Below, piece after piece: positions 28,871 through 43,326 of a DNA stretch of 64,000 nucleotides (its first letter is position 1; each line of letters opens with the position of its first letter). Position numbers and translations under genes: made by a program. A model generated the notes under the pieces. It did no database searches and was not told the DNA's origin. It worked only from the letters and a program-made list of their open reading frames with translations. This DNA comes from the human T2T-CHM13v2.0 reference genome, Homo sapiens, in the NCBI RefSeq assembly GCF_009914755.1, contig NC_060927.1; one strand, written 5' to 3'.

Positions 28871-30232
28871 CTGATCGGGTGAGGGGCTTTAGGCATTAGA
28901 GAGGAGTGGTTTGGCAGCCCCCCGGGGCTGATCGACACCCCTACTTTCAAGACTTGGCACCTCTCCATGCCTCTACCCTGATCCTGGCGTCCTGGTACAC
29001 ATCTTGCAAGTCCATCAGGAGCTCTGGCTCTCTAGACGGTGCTCCCAACAGTGGAGATGCTCACCCTGAGAGATGTCATAGAGCTCTCCCACTAGGGAAC
29101 CGCATCTCCCCTGCATTTTAGGTCCCCTGGCTAACTTTTGTGAGGCTGGGGCCAAAGACAGAGAGTGTAGCTGCTACTCCTCAAGGAAAGAAAATACCAG
29201 GAAGGCTCAGGGAAAGACGCAGCGTCTCCTCCCCCAGCATCTGCCTGGCCATTATGGCCTGGTTCTGCTCCTGGCCTCATTCTCCTTTGTGTTGTTACCT
29301 AGGAGGTGCTCGACACTAAGTAACATTCTGGTTCATATAAGACTGGGCGGAAGAACAGCTCCCAGCACAGCCTTGCTATGCACCTAAAAACGGACATGAA
29401 ACTCTATTTTTATTCACTGAATCGTATGCTCCTAATGACTAAAAGCATCATTTTAAAGACCTTTCATTTTCCTTTCTGGTTTTCAAATGGCCAGTGAGCT
29501 TCCCACTTTTCCAAATTCCCTTCCTCCACCCTCCCCACCACAGTAGTCCACTGACTCGGGGTAAAGTACGGGCTCAGGGGAATCCTACTGAAAGGCATCG
29601 TGGATAAAGTGAACTTCACTTTAGAAAGCAGAAGGAGCTTTGCATCTCAGGCCATCCCGCACCGGCTCGCTGTCCAGGAGAGCACCCAGCTCCCACCAGG
29701 GAGTCCCTCCTATGGGCCATGAGTGGCAATGACCTCATTTCCCTGACAGGAATTGTGGAGATGTCATTGCTGGGGTCTTCCCCAGGTCACGAGACTAAGG
29801 GCTGTGTCAGTAGGCACTGGTGAGAACAGCCGCTGGCTCCCTCGGGTTGCAGGAGCAGAGTGACATACTCAGAGTCCCTCAGTCAGAGGATGGAGAGGAA
29901 GCTCAAGGCAGAAGGAGGACACCAGGCCAGGCAGACACTTCTCTGGTGATTTTTTCTTTTTTAACGAGGGCTGTAGATCATTTCATTGGTCAGCTTCATA
30001 TAAGCCAGCCTCCTGCCAGCCTTGCTACTGGCAATCAGGAAACCTTCCACACACCACCCCATCTTTGTCTAGAGACCCTTTGTCTAGAGCCTCAAAAGAA
30101 AATGAGGCTTTCACTTTTCCTCTGCAGAGGAGGCAGAGGAGTGGATCCTGGGAAGAGGAAACACACGGGCTCTCTTCCTCACAGCAGCCTACTCTTTTTC
30201 TTCTTAGGACTTCCCACAGTTGGCAATTATAC

Positions 30233-30801
<569 letters not shown>

Positions 30802-31491
30802 ACAGTTGTACATCTGTTTGTTTACTTATCTATGGTTGGCCTCTCTCATAAGACTGTAAGCTCCATGAGGGCTTGGATTGTCCCTTAGTACACATTCAAC
30901 AACAACTATTATTTTTTAAAAGGAGGAAATACAAGACTCACAGAACCAGGTTCACTTGGTAAAGAGCTTCCCCATTTAAGAAACTTAGAGCAACGATGAA
31001 AAAGCTCTACCCCAGAGCAATCGGGGCTGTGCCCTCAGAGCCACAGTTGTTGAGCATCAAATTCTGCCAGGGCAGAGCGGTCAGGGAAGTACACACAGGC
31101 AGTAATGCTCGGCCTAAGTCCTCGGAAGACAGAGAAGTCCTCTCCCCATAACAAGAGAGGCTCTTCTACAGTCAGGAGGGCCACGCAGCGTGCACTGGCT
31201 GAGCACCAGCCCGGCGGACAGAAGCAGAGGGCAGAAGCTCTCAGGAGACATGTGTGAGATGGAACTGGGGGAATGCGGACAGAAGGGAAGTCTAAGACCA
31301 TTCCTTTGTTTCTGGCTCAAGCAACCTGTCATTAGCCAAGCTTCGGAAAGGGCACATTTGGGGAGAGGACGACAATGAGTTCTGTGTTGCATGTTGACTT
31401 TGCTGCACCCATGGGCTGTTCAGATGGAGATTCCTAGGGGTAGTTAGGACACAGGTCTGGGTGTTTCAGAAGCAGGTCTCAGATGGACACG

Positions 31492-31866
31492 GTAGTAACA
31501 GACATCGCTAGTGCTCACCCGCACTCTGCCTTCCTGGATCCTTGCAGCGAGGTGGCCACATGACTAGCTCCTGGCTGATGGACTATGAGCAGAAGTGCTG
31601 TGTGCAACTCTGGACTGTAGCAGTGAGAAGCCACTGCAGGGCCTCAGCCACTGCTCCCCTGGAAGCCACATGCTCCAGATGGCGTCGTTACAGGATGGAA
31701 GTGGCCTCGATTCCCGAGTCACTGCTTAAAAGGAAGATGTCCTAGAAAGCCAATGCATCCAGTGTGACATTTGTGTGGGAAAGAAAAAAAAAAATTATGT
31801 ATGAAGTCACAGAAATTTCAGTCATGTTTGTTATTACAGCCCAGCTTAGTCTAGCCTTACTAACAC
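31492..31866 (+). mobile_element. MaLR LTR (MLT1J-like)
   Basis: gcagcgaggtggccacatgactagctcctggc ... tttgttattacagcccagcttagtctagccttactaacaca. Confidence 0.7.
31519..31561 (-). CDS. XXYLT1: Candidate alternative N-terminal coding segment MWPPRCKDPGRQSA, in frame with the 12330-12462 exon
   Basis: ATG at 31561-31559, 14 codons plus 1 nt, then donor G|gtgagc at 31519/31518. The leftover G plus AG from the downstream exon restores the Glu codon. Possible acceptor ttggctttctag|G at 31742/31741. Lies inside an MLT1-type LTR. Confidence 0.6.
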
Positions 31867-31945
31867 AGAGGTCATCAGTGTATACGTAGCAGCTTAAGTC
31901 AAGTAGACACAATCTTTTTTCTGCCCACACACCTAAAAGATATGA

Positions 31946-32173
<228 letters not shown>

Positions 32174-32794
32174 TGACCACATTCCAGTAATGACCTGAAA
32201 GGGAGAAGAGGTGACGTTCCCCTGCCCTGGCATGCATATTATAATCCTGGGTAGAGGAGGGGTGTGTAGAATGCTTAAATCCCCTCCCAGTAATTCTGAT
32301 CCTCTGTGATCACACTTCTCCCCCATGATCTGAAAAGAACTGGTATGAAATGAGATGAGAAGCAGATCTTGAATATTCTGTCTTCGGTTTCAAACACAAC
32401 AATCTTGCTTGTGCGCCATCAGTACGTTCCACCCCTCTGACACACTGGTATAATTTGATTAATTTATCGTGTTTATTAAGCTCCCTAGCTTCTCCAGTTC
32501 CTCATGTTTGGAGATACATTGATGTTGATGAGGCTGGAGAGCTGGAGGAAGCAAGACAGTAATCTGTATCCCACACCACAGCTGGCACTCCCTTACGCTT
32601 ACCTAAGGACTCTAAACATGCAAAAGGCAGATGTTTGGGGTTGGAATTGACAATATGAAAAGCTCAGTAAGAAGACGCAAAAGTCACAGTTCCCATGGTA
32701 ACCCTCCTTACCTCACAGAGCACAGGCCCACAGGGTCTGCTGGAAAGGTGATCTGAGAGGTAGGACAAGGCCGACTCCTTGGAACCAGCAAGAA

Positions 32795-32905
32795 ACTCTC
32801 AAGCCCCCGCCTAGGGACTAACTCCCCGGCCTGCTGCCGCTGCTGACGTCCCCCCGCCACAGCAGGTCGGGGACCACATGCCGCCCTCCTCGCTGGGCTC
32901 TCACA
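32795..32905 (-). promoter_or_regulatory. Candidate internal promoter/enhancer
   Basis: CpG-rich patch with two CCCCGCC GC-boxes and TGACGTC, followed on the minus strand by consensus donors at 32712 and 32603. Confidence 0.35.
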
Positions 32906-33530
32906 TCAGCACTACCAGCCAGGGGTTACTCCAGGGAAAGGGAAGGGTGCTACTCATAAAGGCTGGGTCCCTCCCTCAGGCTTCTACAGGAGCCCTTCTG
33001 CCGAACTCCTGAACCTCCTGTGGGCTTCCCAGGCTGTCCGTGCAGAATCACCTGCTCCCTTACAGTATTAACTCGCGTAGTTCTACTGCATATGCACACA
33101 GTATTATATTTAGGCATTTGTGCATCTGTGATGCTTCCTAGACAGTGAGGCCCACAGAGGTATGGACTGTATCTTGCCCTTTTATCCCTGGCCTCCAGAA
33201 CAGGATCTGAAGGAGGACCTCAATTTCAAGATGACCTCAAATGAATGAATTCAAGATTCTCTCTTGACTCTTGAATGTGTTCATCAAGGACTTACTAGAA
33301 GATAGAGAAAGATACTTACCAGGCTTGCCAAGAGCATGAAACAGAGACACAGAATGGCAAACAGAAAGGGCAGAAGAATCAGTCTCTGACACAACCTGGT
33401 GGGGTAGGATCAATGCACCAACTCAAACTTGGGCTGAACATGAAAGCCCTGCAGTGGCATCATGCCAACCAACCACACAAGTTCGTGGCCATGAGACCTG
33501 CCTTAGCAGTAGCCTCAAAAAATGGGGAGA

Positions 33531-33846
33531 TGGCCAGGTACGGTGGCTCACAGTGATAATTCCAGCACCTTGGGAGGCTGAGGGAGGACGATCGCTGAGT
33601 GCAGGTGTTTGAAAACCAGCCTGGGCAACACAGCAAGATCCCATCTCTACAAAAAAAATAAAAAAATAAAAAATAAAAAAATTAGCTAGGCATGCGCCTG
33701 TAGTCCCAGCTACTCAGGAGGCTGAAGTGGGGTAATTGCTTGAGTCCAGGAGTTGGAAGTTACAGTGAGCTGTGTTCATGCCACCGCACTCCAGCCTGAG
33801 TGACAGAGCAAGGCTCTGTCTCTTAAAAAAAAAAAAAAAAAAAAAG
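33531..33846 (+). mobile_element. AluJ
   Basis: Diverged dimer with expanded middle A-tract. Confidence 0.88.
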
Positions 33847-33979
33847 AGGGATGGAAATGTTGCTTTTGTTGACTGGAGTATCAGTTACAAGGGTATATAA
33901 GTTTGTCAAAACTAACTGGACTGCACACTTAAGACCTGTGCATTTCATTGTATTAAACATTTGATCTTGATAGAAAATA

Positions 33980-34340
33980 AATGAAAAGGAGGTATGACAG
34001 TCTGACTCCATTTTTTGCTCTTTAACTGCTGACAGCTTTTTTTTTTAAGCCCCATCCCTCGCTCTTCCCCTTCTGCCCCACATCTGGGCAAGCTGATAAG
34101 AAAGTCTGGATGCTCTCCCGCTTGGCTGCAGCAGAAGGTTCAAACCATGTAAGCCCCTGCCCACACGGAACCCTCGCCCAAACCTAACCGCTAATCACCA
34201 TACAATCCCCAGACCAGTCTCCTTTCTCCTTTCTCTTCCCTGTCTTTCATTTTCAGACCAGCTTGAGAAGCCGGCCCTGCTCTCTCCAGAAAACCCTATT
34301 ATGTGGTCTCAACGTTCAAATCAAATTCTGGGTGGAGACC
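33980..34340 (+). mobile_element. ERV LTR fragment (LTR47-like)
   Basis: gtctgactccatttt...cacatctgggcaagctgataagaaag...ccctgctctctccagaaaac. Family assignment from memory. Confidence 0.5.
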
Positions 34341-34947
34341 ATCCTGGAAATGTGGAGCGGCCACAACAAAGGGCACACACAGAGGATTTGGTGCCACTGC
34401 AAACTCAGTGTCTCCAGCAGGACGCGGCCATCAAATAAGGACTTGGCGCAGCTCCATCAGCAGAGGCAGAGCTCCCTGGTTTCACGCAGGGAGCTGAGAA
34501 TAGCCCTGTACTCTGCACTCCGGTTTGTGTCTGCCCTCTCCCAGTGCCCAGCTCTGAAGCACGGTCTTCACACCTGGGCCCCGTACTTGAGGGGAGCAGA
34601 GACCAACTGCTGTGCATTCAGAAGCAGGTATCTGGAGAGCAGGGAACCTAGAGATATTTCCACCAGGGAGCACATGGGGAAGCCGGGACTGTTTCCCCTG
34701 ATGGAAGGCTCTCTCTGAATTTGTAAAAGAAAGGAAATAGGCTTCTTCATTGAGATCGAGAGCTGAAGCATCAAGAGATAAAAGCAGGTTTTGGAAAACA
34801 TAAGAAAGAGTTTTCTAAAATATGTCTGAAGATGGAAGAGGCTACTCTGAAGGTGGCAGCTCCCTGTCCCTGGGCCTTCACGTAGTTTCCACTGGACAAC
34901 TCCACACTCCAGGGAGGCCATGGAGGAGATTCAAGAACTCATGATGG

Positions 34948-35257
<310 letters not shown>

Positions 35258-37038
35258 TCATGATGGGATCGTACCTCAGAGTTTTTCCAGCCCCAAAACA
35301 CTCTGACCCAATTCAACAACTCCCTTAACTCCACTAAAAACTGCAGTGTTCAATACTCTGACCAGAAAAGGATATGGAAGCTCAAGAACTGGTTTTCAGT
35401 CACGTCCTATTTACACTCAACTTGAACACTGGCCAAAGAATCAGTCGGCTGAAGAGGCCTGCGTGTGTGGAGGAGGAATGCTGAGGAGACATTGGCCCCA
35501 GAATGGACACCGTCAGCTTGTAAGTCCACTAGTCAATTCCAACAGAAAAACCCCAAAAACAGAAACAAACCGGAGGCAAACAGCCCACACTGAGAGGTAA
35601 GCAGTTTCTAACTGGGAACTCAATTTCATCCTGCCCATGAGAAAAGCACAAAAAAGGTGATTTTCCAGATTCCACTTGCAGCCGTAGAGATGTGGGACAA
35701 ATTTAAAAACGAGTCACAATTAACAAAGGATTTCCTAAGTGTGGTGTTGAGCCAGGAAACCTGCCCTGCGTCGCCCATGCTGTGACTGATGCGTGGGCCC
35801 CTGAGGATGCCTCCCCGTGATCCCTCGGGCCTTTGCTTCCTCCTCTCCCTCCCACTGTCTCCCCCAACACAGGCAGGCTCCAGGCCGGGACTCCACACTG
35901 CAGGCAGAGTCGGGCCAGGGTGCGGCTGAGTGACGGAGCGCCTGGTGAGGGACAGAAGAATCTCTGAGCGGCCCCAAGCAGTGGGGTTCTGGCAGAGCAC
36001 CGCTGACCCGTCATGGAAGGAGGGGAGCAAACAAGAGGGGCAGGGAGGGAGGCAGCTGTGTAGCAGGCCTGGGGTGGTCTGGCTTATGCACAGTCATTTC
36101 TAACGCCAGATCCCCGTCTCTGCACTGACACCGGGGGTGGTGAGTGGCACACTCGGTCCCCCAGTTACAGGAAAGGTCCCTTCCATCCTGGGGACCCAAC
36201 TCATGAGGGCCCAGAAGGAAGGAGCCACAAAGGTCTGGATGGTTTATCCCCCTGGCCCGCCTGGCCCTCAAGACACACTTCCTTCGGCTGCAGCCTCGCC
36301 GATTCCCGAGCTGTTTCCTGCTGCTTTTCTCATTTCATGAACTTCTTTTGAACAATTTCCTGTTCCTTTTTCTTTCTATGCTCCTCTTCCTGGCTCTGTA
36401 GCCCTTGAAAAGAAGCAAACAAACAGATAAGGGTCAGCATCTGAGGCCAGACCCTAAGGCCCTTCCCAGCCCTCTCCAGAGCGTGATGTGGCCCCGTCTG
36501 GCTAAGAGCACCAGACGGCGGTGGCTGGAGCACCCCGTGCCACTGCAAACGTGACCAGGAACATGGGTCTGACAGCTCTGGACACACACAAGCAGACGGG
36601 AAAGGCGCCTGCCCACTGCCCCCACCCCTGCAAGCACACACCTGCTCGCCAGGAGCAAGGGCAGCGCCGGCCCTCCTCGGGAGAAGCTCCAAGGCCTGTC
36701 CCTAGTCCTGCCTCAGGACTTTGCTCGTGAGGGGTCCTCAAGGCCACTGTCGCCCAGACCTTTAGCTATACAAAAGTAAGTGGTATGGTTCATCCCTTCT
36801 TGGCTAATGAGGTTTGACCACAAACCAAAATATAAAATGCCCAACTGATTTCAAGGAATTCAGTTCAGACAAAGGGCTAAAGGGTGGTGACTCCAGGCCG
36901 TGAGAGGGAAAGACAAGGCCGGAGCATCTGAGCCTTTGATGGGGCCCACCTGCGGCCAGGTGTGTAGCACTTAGAGAACATGTTCTAAAAAGAGAAATAA
37001 AGGTAATTTATTTGAGAAGTCGGTGCTTGAGAACACTG

Positions 37039-37197
37039 TGCTTCTCCTGAGGACTGACTTGCTTCCCCTGAGGACTGACTTGCTTCCTTCTCTCTGACAA
37101 TGACGGCTCCATAAAGGATGACAATCTCCCTTTTCACACTGGCTGTGTATCTGCGTGGCTGCGTGGCTGCGTGGCTGCGGGGCTGCGGGGCTGCGGA
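37039..37197. repeat. 21-bp tandem duplication and (GCTGCGTG/GCTGCGGG)n 8-mer repeat
   Basis: Seen directly at 37039-37085 and ~37150-37197. Confidence 0.85.
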
Positions 37198-39050
37198 GCA
37201 TGTTTTGCCACCAGGCGTGCCTTTATGTCTTTTTCTATGAGGTCTACACTTTCATCTTCTACACATTTACCCCCTGGCCCTGAGTGTCTACTTGGTTTTG
37301 TTTTTTCACCTTTGTGTCATTTTAGTGAACACCTCAAATTCTCTGAGGGCTGTGACAGGGGACTGAGGAAGTGGATGATAATAGATATCCACAATCATGG
37401 TGTGAGCAGGTAACACTGCTTGAGTGCTTACTGTGTGCCAGGTACTGTTGGAAGCTGTTCCTGTATATAAGCTCACTTGGTGCTCACAACAACCCTCGAG
37501 ATAGGTGTATTTCCATGGATAATGTATCCAGCCATGTGCTGGATCCTCTCACCCTCATTTCAGAGGAGAAGTCTTGGGCCCAAGTGGTTAAGTGCCCACA
37601 GGTGGTATCTGGCAGTGCTGGGTTTTGCACCAGGGCTGTTCCTCCCACAGCTGATACCCTTAACCACTGCATAATACATGGAAATAAGAGGGGAAGATGA
37701 ATGAATGGCCTAACTCATGGACAATGGGTAAACTGCCCAAGCTAAAGTCAGAGGTTAGCTCCTAATGAGCTTCCGTATTTTTCTTGAGAAAGCTGGTCAC
37801 CCAAGGTCTCCAATAAAATATGCTACTACAAACACACTTTCTATCTCAACAAACACTCCAGTTCTCTGGTCCAATTCCAGAGCAATATGACTAAAAACTG
37901 CCATTTGTTGAGTCCTTGCCTTGTGACAGACACTGTGAAGGGCATATTTACTCATTCACTCATTGATCCAACACCCTAAAACCTAGTCATCATCTTTCCA
38001 GATACTGTGCCAGCCCCTAAACGAGGTATGTGCTCCCGGGCAAGTCATTTAACCCCTCTGTGCTGGATTCTCTCGCCTTTAAGATGGGAAACTACCATAT
38101 CCGCCTTCCTACCTTATATGGTGGCAGTGCAGATCGGGAATCAGCACATGTAAAGCACTTAGAATAGTGACTAACCTCTAATAATTGCTCAGTTAATGTC
38201 AACTGTCACTGCTGCTGCTGCTGCTATTACCTGACGAGGACAACTACATAAAGCAACTTGTTTATCTACTGAAAGTAATCATAGTAGCTTTTACTATACA
38301 AGAGACTGGAAGGTAACATCTCCATCCTAAAGGTTCTAAGTCTCATTCTCCCAATAAATCAATTAGTCCTATATGCAAATGGGCAAGCCTCAGAGCCGCA
38401 GAGCCAGACTCACTAGACGAGCACAGTGTGTTACTCATGCTGCCAAAAGCTTATAAACAGCTCCGTGGAGGAGGAAACATCCTGCTTGTTTTTCATTCTC
38501 CCTCCTCCCCCACTCCCCTGAAACCTAGCAATAAGCCGAGGTCTGCTTTCCCCATCAAGAGTGTAGATCTTAATACAAAAAGTCACTGACGAAAGGAAGG
38601 AAATTAATAAAAAGAACAAAAGACCTTACATTTTTCATCCCTTTATGTGAAATCTATTTTTTCTCTCAACAATAAAAACAACTGCCTCCCTATAAACGGT
38701 AAGGATTAAAACGTTTAGCATGGGGCTGCCAAAACAACTCCCTGAACCCCAAAAAATTACTGAGAAACTTCTAATGTGCCTGTACTAACGTATGTACCAA
38801 CAATAGAAGAATTCCTAAATCTATAAAGAAGATTAACTATGTTATGATAGCTTATATCACGTTTTTACACACTTCATCTCCTTTCTTTTCTATAAAGCCT
38901 TGTGAGGTGCATGTTCTTATCCTCATTTTATAAGTCAAGAAACGGAAGCTCGGGCAGGACAAATAATTGATGAGCTCATATAATGAGAAAGCAAGAATGG
39001 GGTTCAGGTTTGGGGCTCTAAATTCATTACCCTGTTCCACTCACTGTGTG

Positions 39051-39410
39051 TGATGTGGTTTGGCTGTGTCCCCACCCAAATCTCACCTTGAATTGTAATC
39101 CTCATAACCCCCACGCATCGTGAGAGGGACCTGGTAAGAAGTGATTGGATCATGGGGGCAGTTTCCCCCACGCTGTTCTAGTAATAGTCAGTTCTCATGA
39201 GATCTGATGGTTTGATAAGCATCTGGCATTTCCCCTACTGGCCCTCAGTCCCTCCTGACCCCTGGGAAGAAGGTGCCTGCCTCTCCTTTGTCTTCTGCCA
39301 TGATTGTAAGTTTCCTAAACAATGTGGAACTGTGAGTCGAAACCTCTTTCATTTATAAATTACCCAGTCTCGGGTATTTCTTCGTAGCGGTGTGAGAACA
39401 GACGAATACA
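39051..39410 (+). mobile_element. THE1 (MaLR) solo LTR
   Basis: tgatgtggtttggctgtgtccccacccaaatctc...gaataca, with perfect 5-bp TSD gtgtg at 39046 and 39411. Confidence 0.92.
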
Positions 39411-40956
39411 GTGTGTCTCCCACTGAACTCTTGGGATTCAGGCTACGATTGGTCTGTCCTTTGGGTCTCTGAAAAATTGGCTTCCATCTGTTGTGGCCAG
39501 TGCCAGAAGGTCTGGTTCTAGGAATCCAAAAAGGTTAGGTCATTTTCAGGAATCCAGGGGACTCAAGTCCCTCCAGAATGATCCAAAGCTCTGCTATGGT
39601 TGCAAACAGGAAGGGAGTGAAACTACCAAGGAGCCCAGAACCCAACTGTTACCCACCCTGGTCCCCAGGAAAGGGGCAATTTGGGACCAACTAGGACTCT
39701 ACCCCTCAACAGTCCAAGACTAGAAGGGAACCAGTGTGAAGGCTGAATGGTCAGAAAAAAACTGGAAGGCCTGACACTTCCCAGGATCGAAGGGCTATGT
39801 GATCCACTTGGCTGCCCTAGACCATCTGTGAGGCATATCATTTTGAGAGAAGAACACTGCCTTAAATTCTGGAATGAAAATCTTTTGTTAGAATACAGGC
39901 TGAATTTATAATCTACAAAGGAAGAGAAAGAGAAAAGACACACAAATGGCCTAGTTTGTGCAACACTGTCCAGCACACTTAAACTCATTTAATCAGCATC
40001 ATTGAGCTATGAGCAAAGACAACCATCAGAGCAAGATACACAGGTGGGCCCTGCACAAAGACCACCCGTGTAAGGCCCTGTGTCGGTCCTTTTATTAAGA
40101 GTGAGTTAATTCAGTGCAAAAGAACAATGGACAAGCTTGGCAATTGCTTCAGTTTTACAACAGACGATATCAATTTTTCACATAACTTTCCAAAATGCTA
40201 AATGTGACTGGCTTTTAGCCCAATATGTGGAGCTCTCCATACCTCAGTTGACCTCCTTTTGGATTTCAAGCTGTCAAACACCTTTAGATCATAACAAAGG
40301 GCTAACTGAACGGCATGATCTTTAAACCGAAAACATGATTAAACCTTTGCCTTTAAACTGAAACCATGATTAAAATCCCAACTCACCTTGTTGGCTGACA
40401 CCATACCTCAGACTATCTTAATAAATGGCCTCCTAATTCTGGAAGTTTAAGAAAATCCTCAAAATGGTTTGGAAGAACCCCCCCAAGAAACATTTAAGTC
40501 TCCCTGATTAGGTCTACTTACCCAGAAACAAGGTCTCTTCAGGACTCACCGGAGAACCAACAGAATTCCTTCCCCACCCCACACACAGCCGGTAAAACTT
40601 CCAATATTTGAGTCTATCATAGACACAGTAGGCTGGGAAAATATTCCAGGGAACTTAGCATTCTGAAAGAAGTGACTACTTCAATTAGGAAAAAAATCTG
40701 AAGTTCCCTTTCAGGCCAAATCATTCTCATTCATCTTTACCAATAAAATGGTCTACATTCAAATGGTAAGTTTGATCCCCGCATCATCAATCATCCTTTC
40801 AGTTTCGTTTGATCAAATGTTGGGCATTTATACAGCTCATTTTACAAACCATACAAATCAGAAGGTAGAAGTCAGGAGGGCCTGGCACCCCTCATGCCTG
40901 CCCTCTTGCAGAGCAGTGACAGCTCCACAAATGACCTCACTCCCATTAAAGAAAAA

Positions 40957-41066
40957 AGGAAGGAAAGAAGGAAGAAGGAAGGAAGGAAGGAAGGAAGGAA
41001 GGAAGGAAGGAAGGAAGGAAGGAAGGAAGGAAAAAAGAAAAAGAAAAGGAAAGGAAAGGGGAAGGA
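40957..41066. repeat. (GGAA)n microsatellite
   Basis: About 14 uninterrupted units at 40977-41032. Confidence 0.95.
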
Positions 41067-42179
41067 ACAGAGGGTGCTGGAGAATAGGGAAGAAAGGTCT
41101 GTTCTGGGAAACAGAACAGTAGGGGTTTTGGAATGCTCAGTGTCTTAGAACTTAGACTAAAGACTGGAAACACCAGCTCAGGGAATATTCCATCGTGGTC
41201 ATCTGATTGCTGGAACATGAAACTTGGAGCACATCTGCAGTGAAATGGGGGAGGAATAAAGATACTGAAAGGACATTCTCCAGAACCATGAGGACAGAGA
41301 GACTTCAGCAGAAAATAGGCCACTAGTATTTTGGGGTCCTGCTTCAGGAGCAAAACTTTGGTCCAGAGAGGTTTAGGGCTGGGTTTTTTTTTTTTTTTTT
41401 TCACTTTGATTTCTGAGGTCACTGAAGGACCATGGGTAATAAGGTCAATTTGTGCTGATTTATAAAAATCAGCCTTCTGACTTCAGAGCTGTGGCACACA
41501 TTATTTTAGACTCTGAGGTCATGTTAGTCACAGGTGTTGGGCTGGCCTGGCCTGAGGAGCAGGTCGACACACCCTCTGGGCGCTGAGGGACACAATGGGG
41601 ACGGCATCTTCACTTTCTTCCTTCCGGTCCTTCCTGAGTGCTTGCAAGTGAGCCCAACCCTTACTTCTCTAAAAGAGGCTCACACCCCATCTACATACCT
41701 GGACACTCCCTCTCCTTGCACAACAAGACCAGAGGCCTCTCCCTTCCCTTTCCCACCTCTCTTCAGTCACTTTCACTCAGACCTTTCTTTTCCTGTGAAG
41801 GCTTCCTGCTCCCTTGGCCCTCAAGCTCTGAAGACCAGTCCACAGCTTTCTGGCTCTAGGGTCCCTGCAACACCTACCACGAGCTCTCAACCTCCCCTCT
41901 CACCTAAGAAGTCCAGGCCACTGTGCTCCTAAGTGCCTGGACCGCCTCCTCAGCTGCCTTCTGCTACATGATCAAGTTTCCCCAGAACTTTTGAAAGCCA
42001 CCACAGAGCTGCTCCCAGACATGTCATTCCCCTCTTCAAAACCTTCCATTGCTGGTTCCCTCACCACAACCCAACAACTGGAACTCTTCGTTGAGCTTCA
42101 CTGTGCTCTCCAGGGATCCTCAAGTCCAGACCATTCTTTCAGGTCCATCCCACAGAAGAACGCATGCAAAAGTACTTAA

Positions 42180-42715
42180 GTCACTGGATGAAAATGCAAA
42201 CCATATTACTCCATTGGTTAAAATGCCACCAGTGGTTGCAAATCCCACTGTCCCCAGGATAAAGTCCCCAATCCCTCGCACAGCTTTCAAGGCCCTGAAT
42301 AGCCTGACCGGGGTGTGCTCCAGGCAGCTAAGGCTTCAGCTTCTGGGGCACATCAAGCTCCTTCCACCCACAAAGCTTTTCCACTCAATATGCTCTCGGC
42401 CTCACTCTTCTTCCTCCGTGTCTTGGCCTGGCTAAGTCCCACCCACTTGTCTCACCTTAAATGTCACTGTCTGGAGGAAGTCTTTAGTAACAATCCCCCC
42501 CCACACACCCTGAATCCCCCACTCGGGCAGCACCTGGACTTCCCCTTCGTTGCCCTTATTGCAGCTGTTCCCATTATCTGCTTAATGTCTATCTTCACTG
42601 TACATTCCATGAGGACAGAGACCGACCCCATCTGTTTTTCTAACCCCCATGTCCTTAGCACCTAGGCAAGATCTGGCTCACAGGTGAAACTGAATAAATC
42701 TTTGCTGAGTGAGTG
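42180..42715 (+). mobile_element. L2 3' fragment
   Basis: ccaggataaagtcccca...aaatgtcac...tgaataaatctttgctgagtgagtgaa. Confidence 0.6.
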
Positions 42716-42756
42716 AAGTGCTGGTGATAACCTCTCCACGGACCTGGGCCCTCTAA

Positions 42757-43326
<570 letters not shown>

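Noticed and set aside
33320-33337. ATG-MLLASL exon as another XXYLT1 N-terminus
   Set aside because: The donor is phase 0, out of frame with the phase-1 DxD exon.
40748-41422. KEGR- and PSFL-repeat ORFs
   Set aside because: Translations of the GGAA microsatellite.
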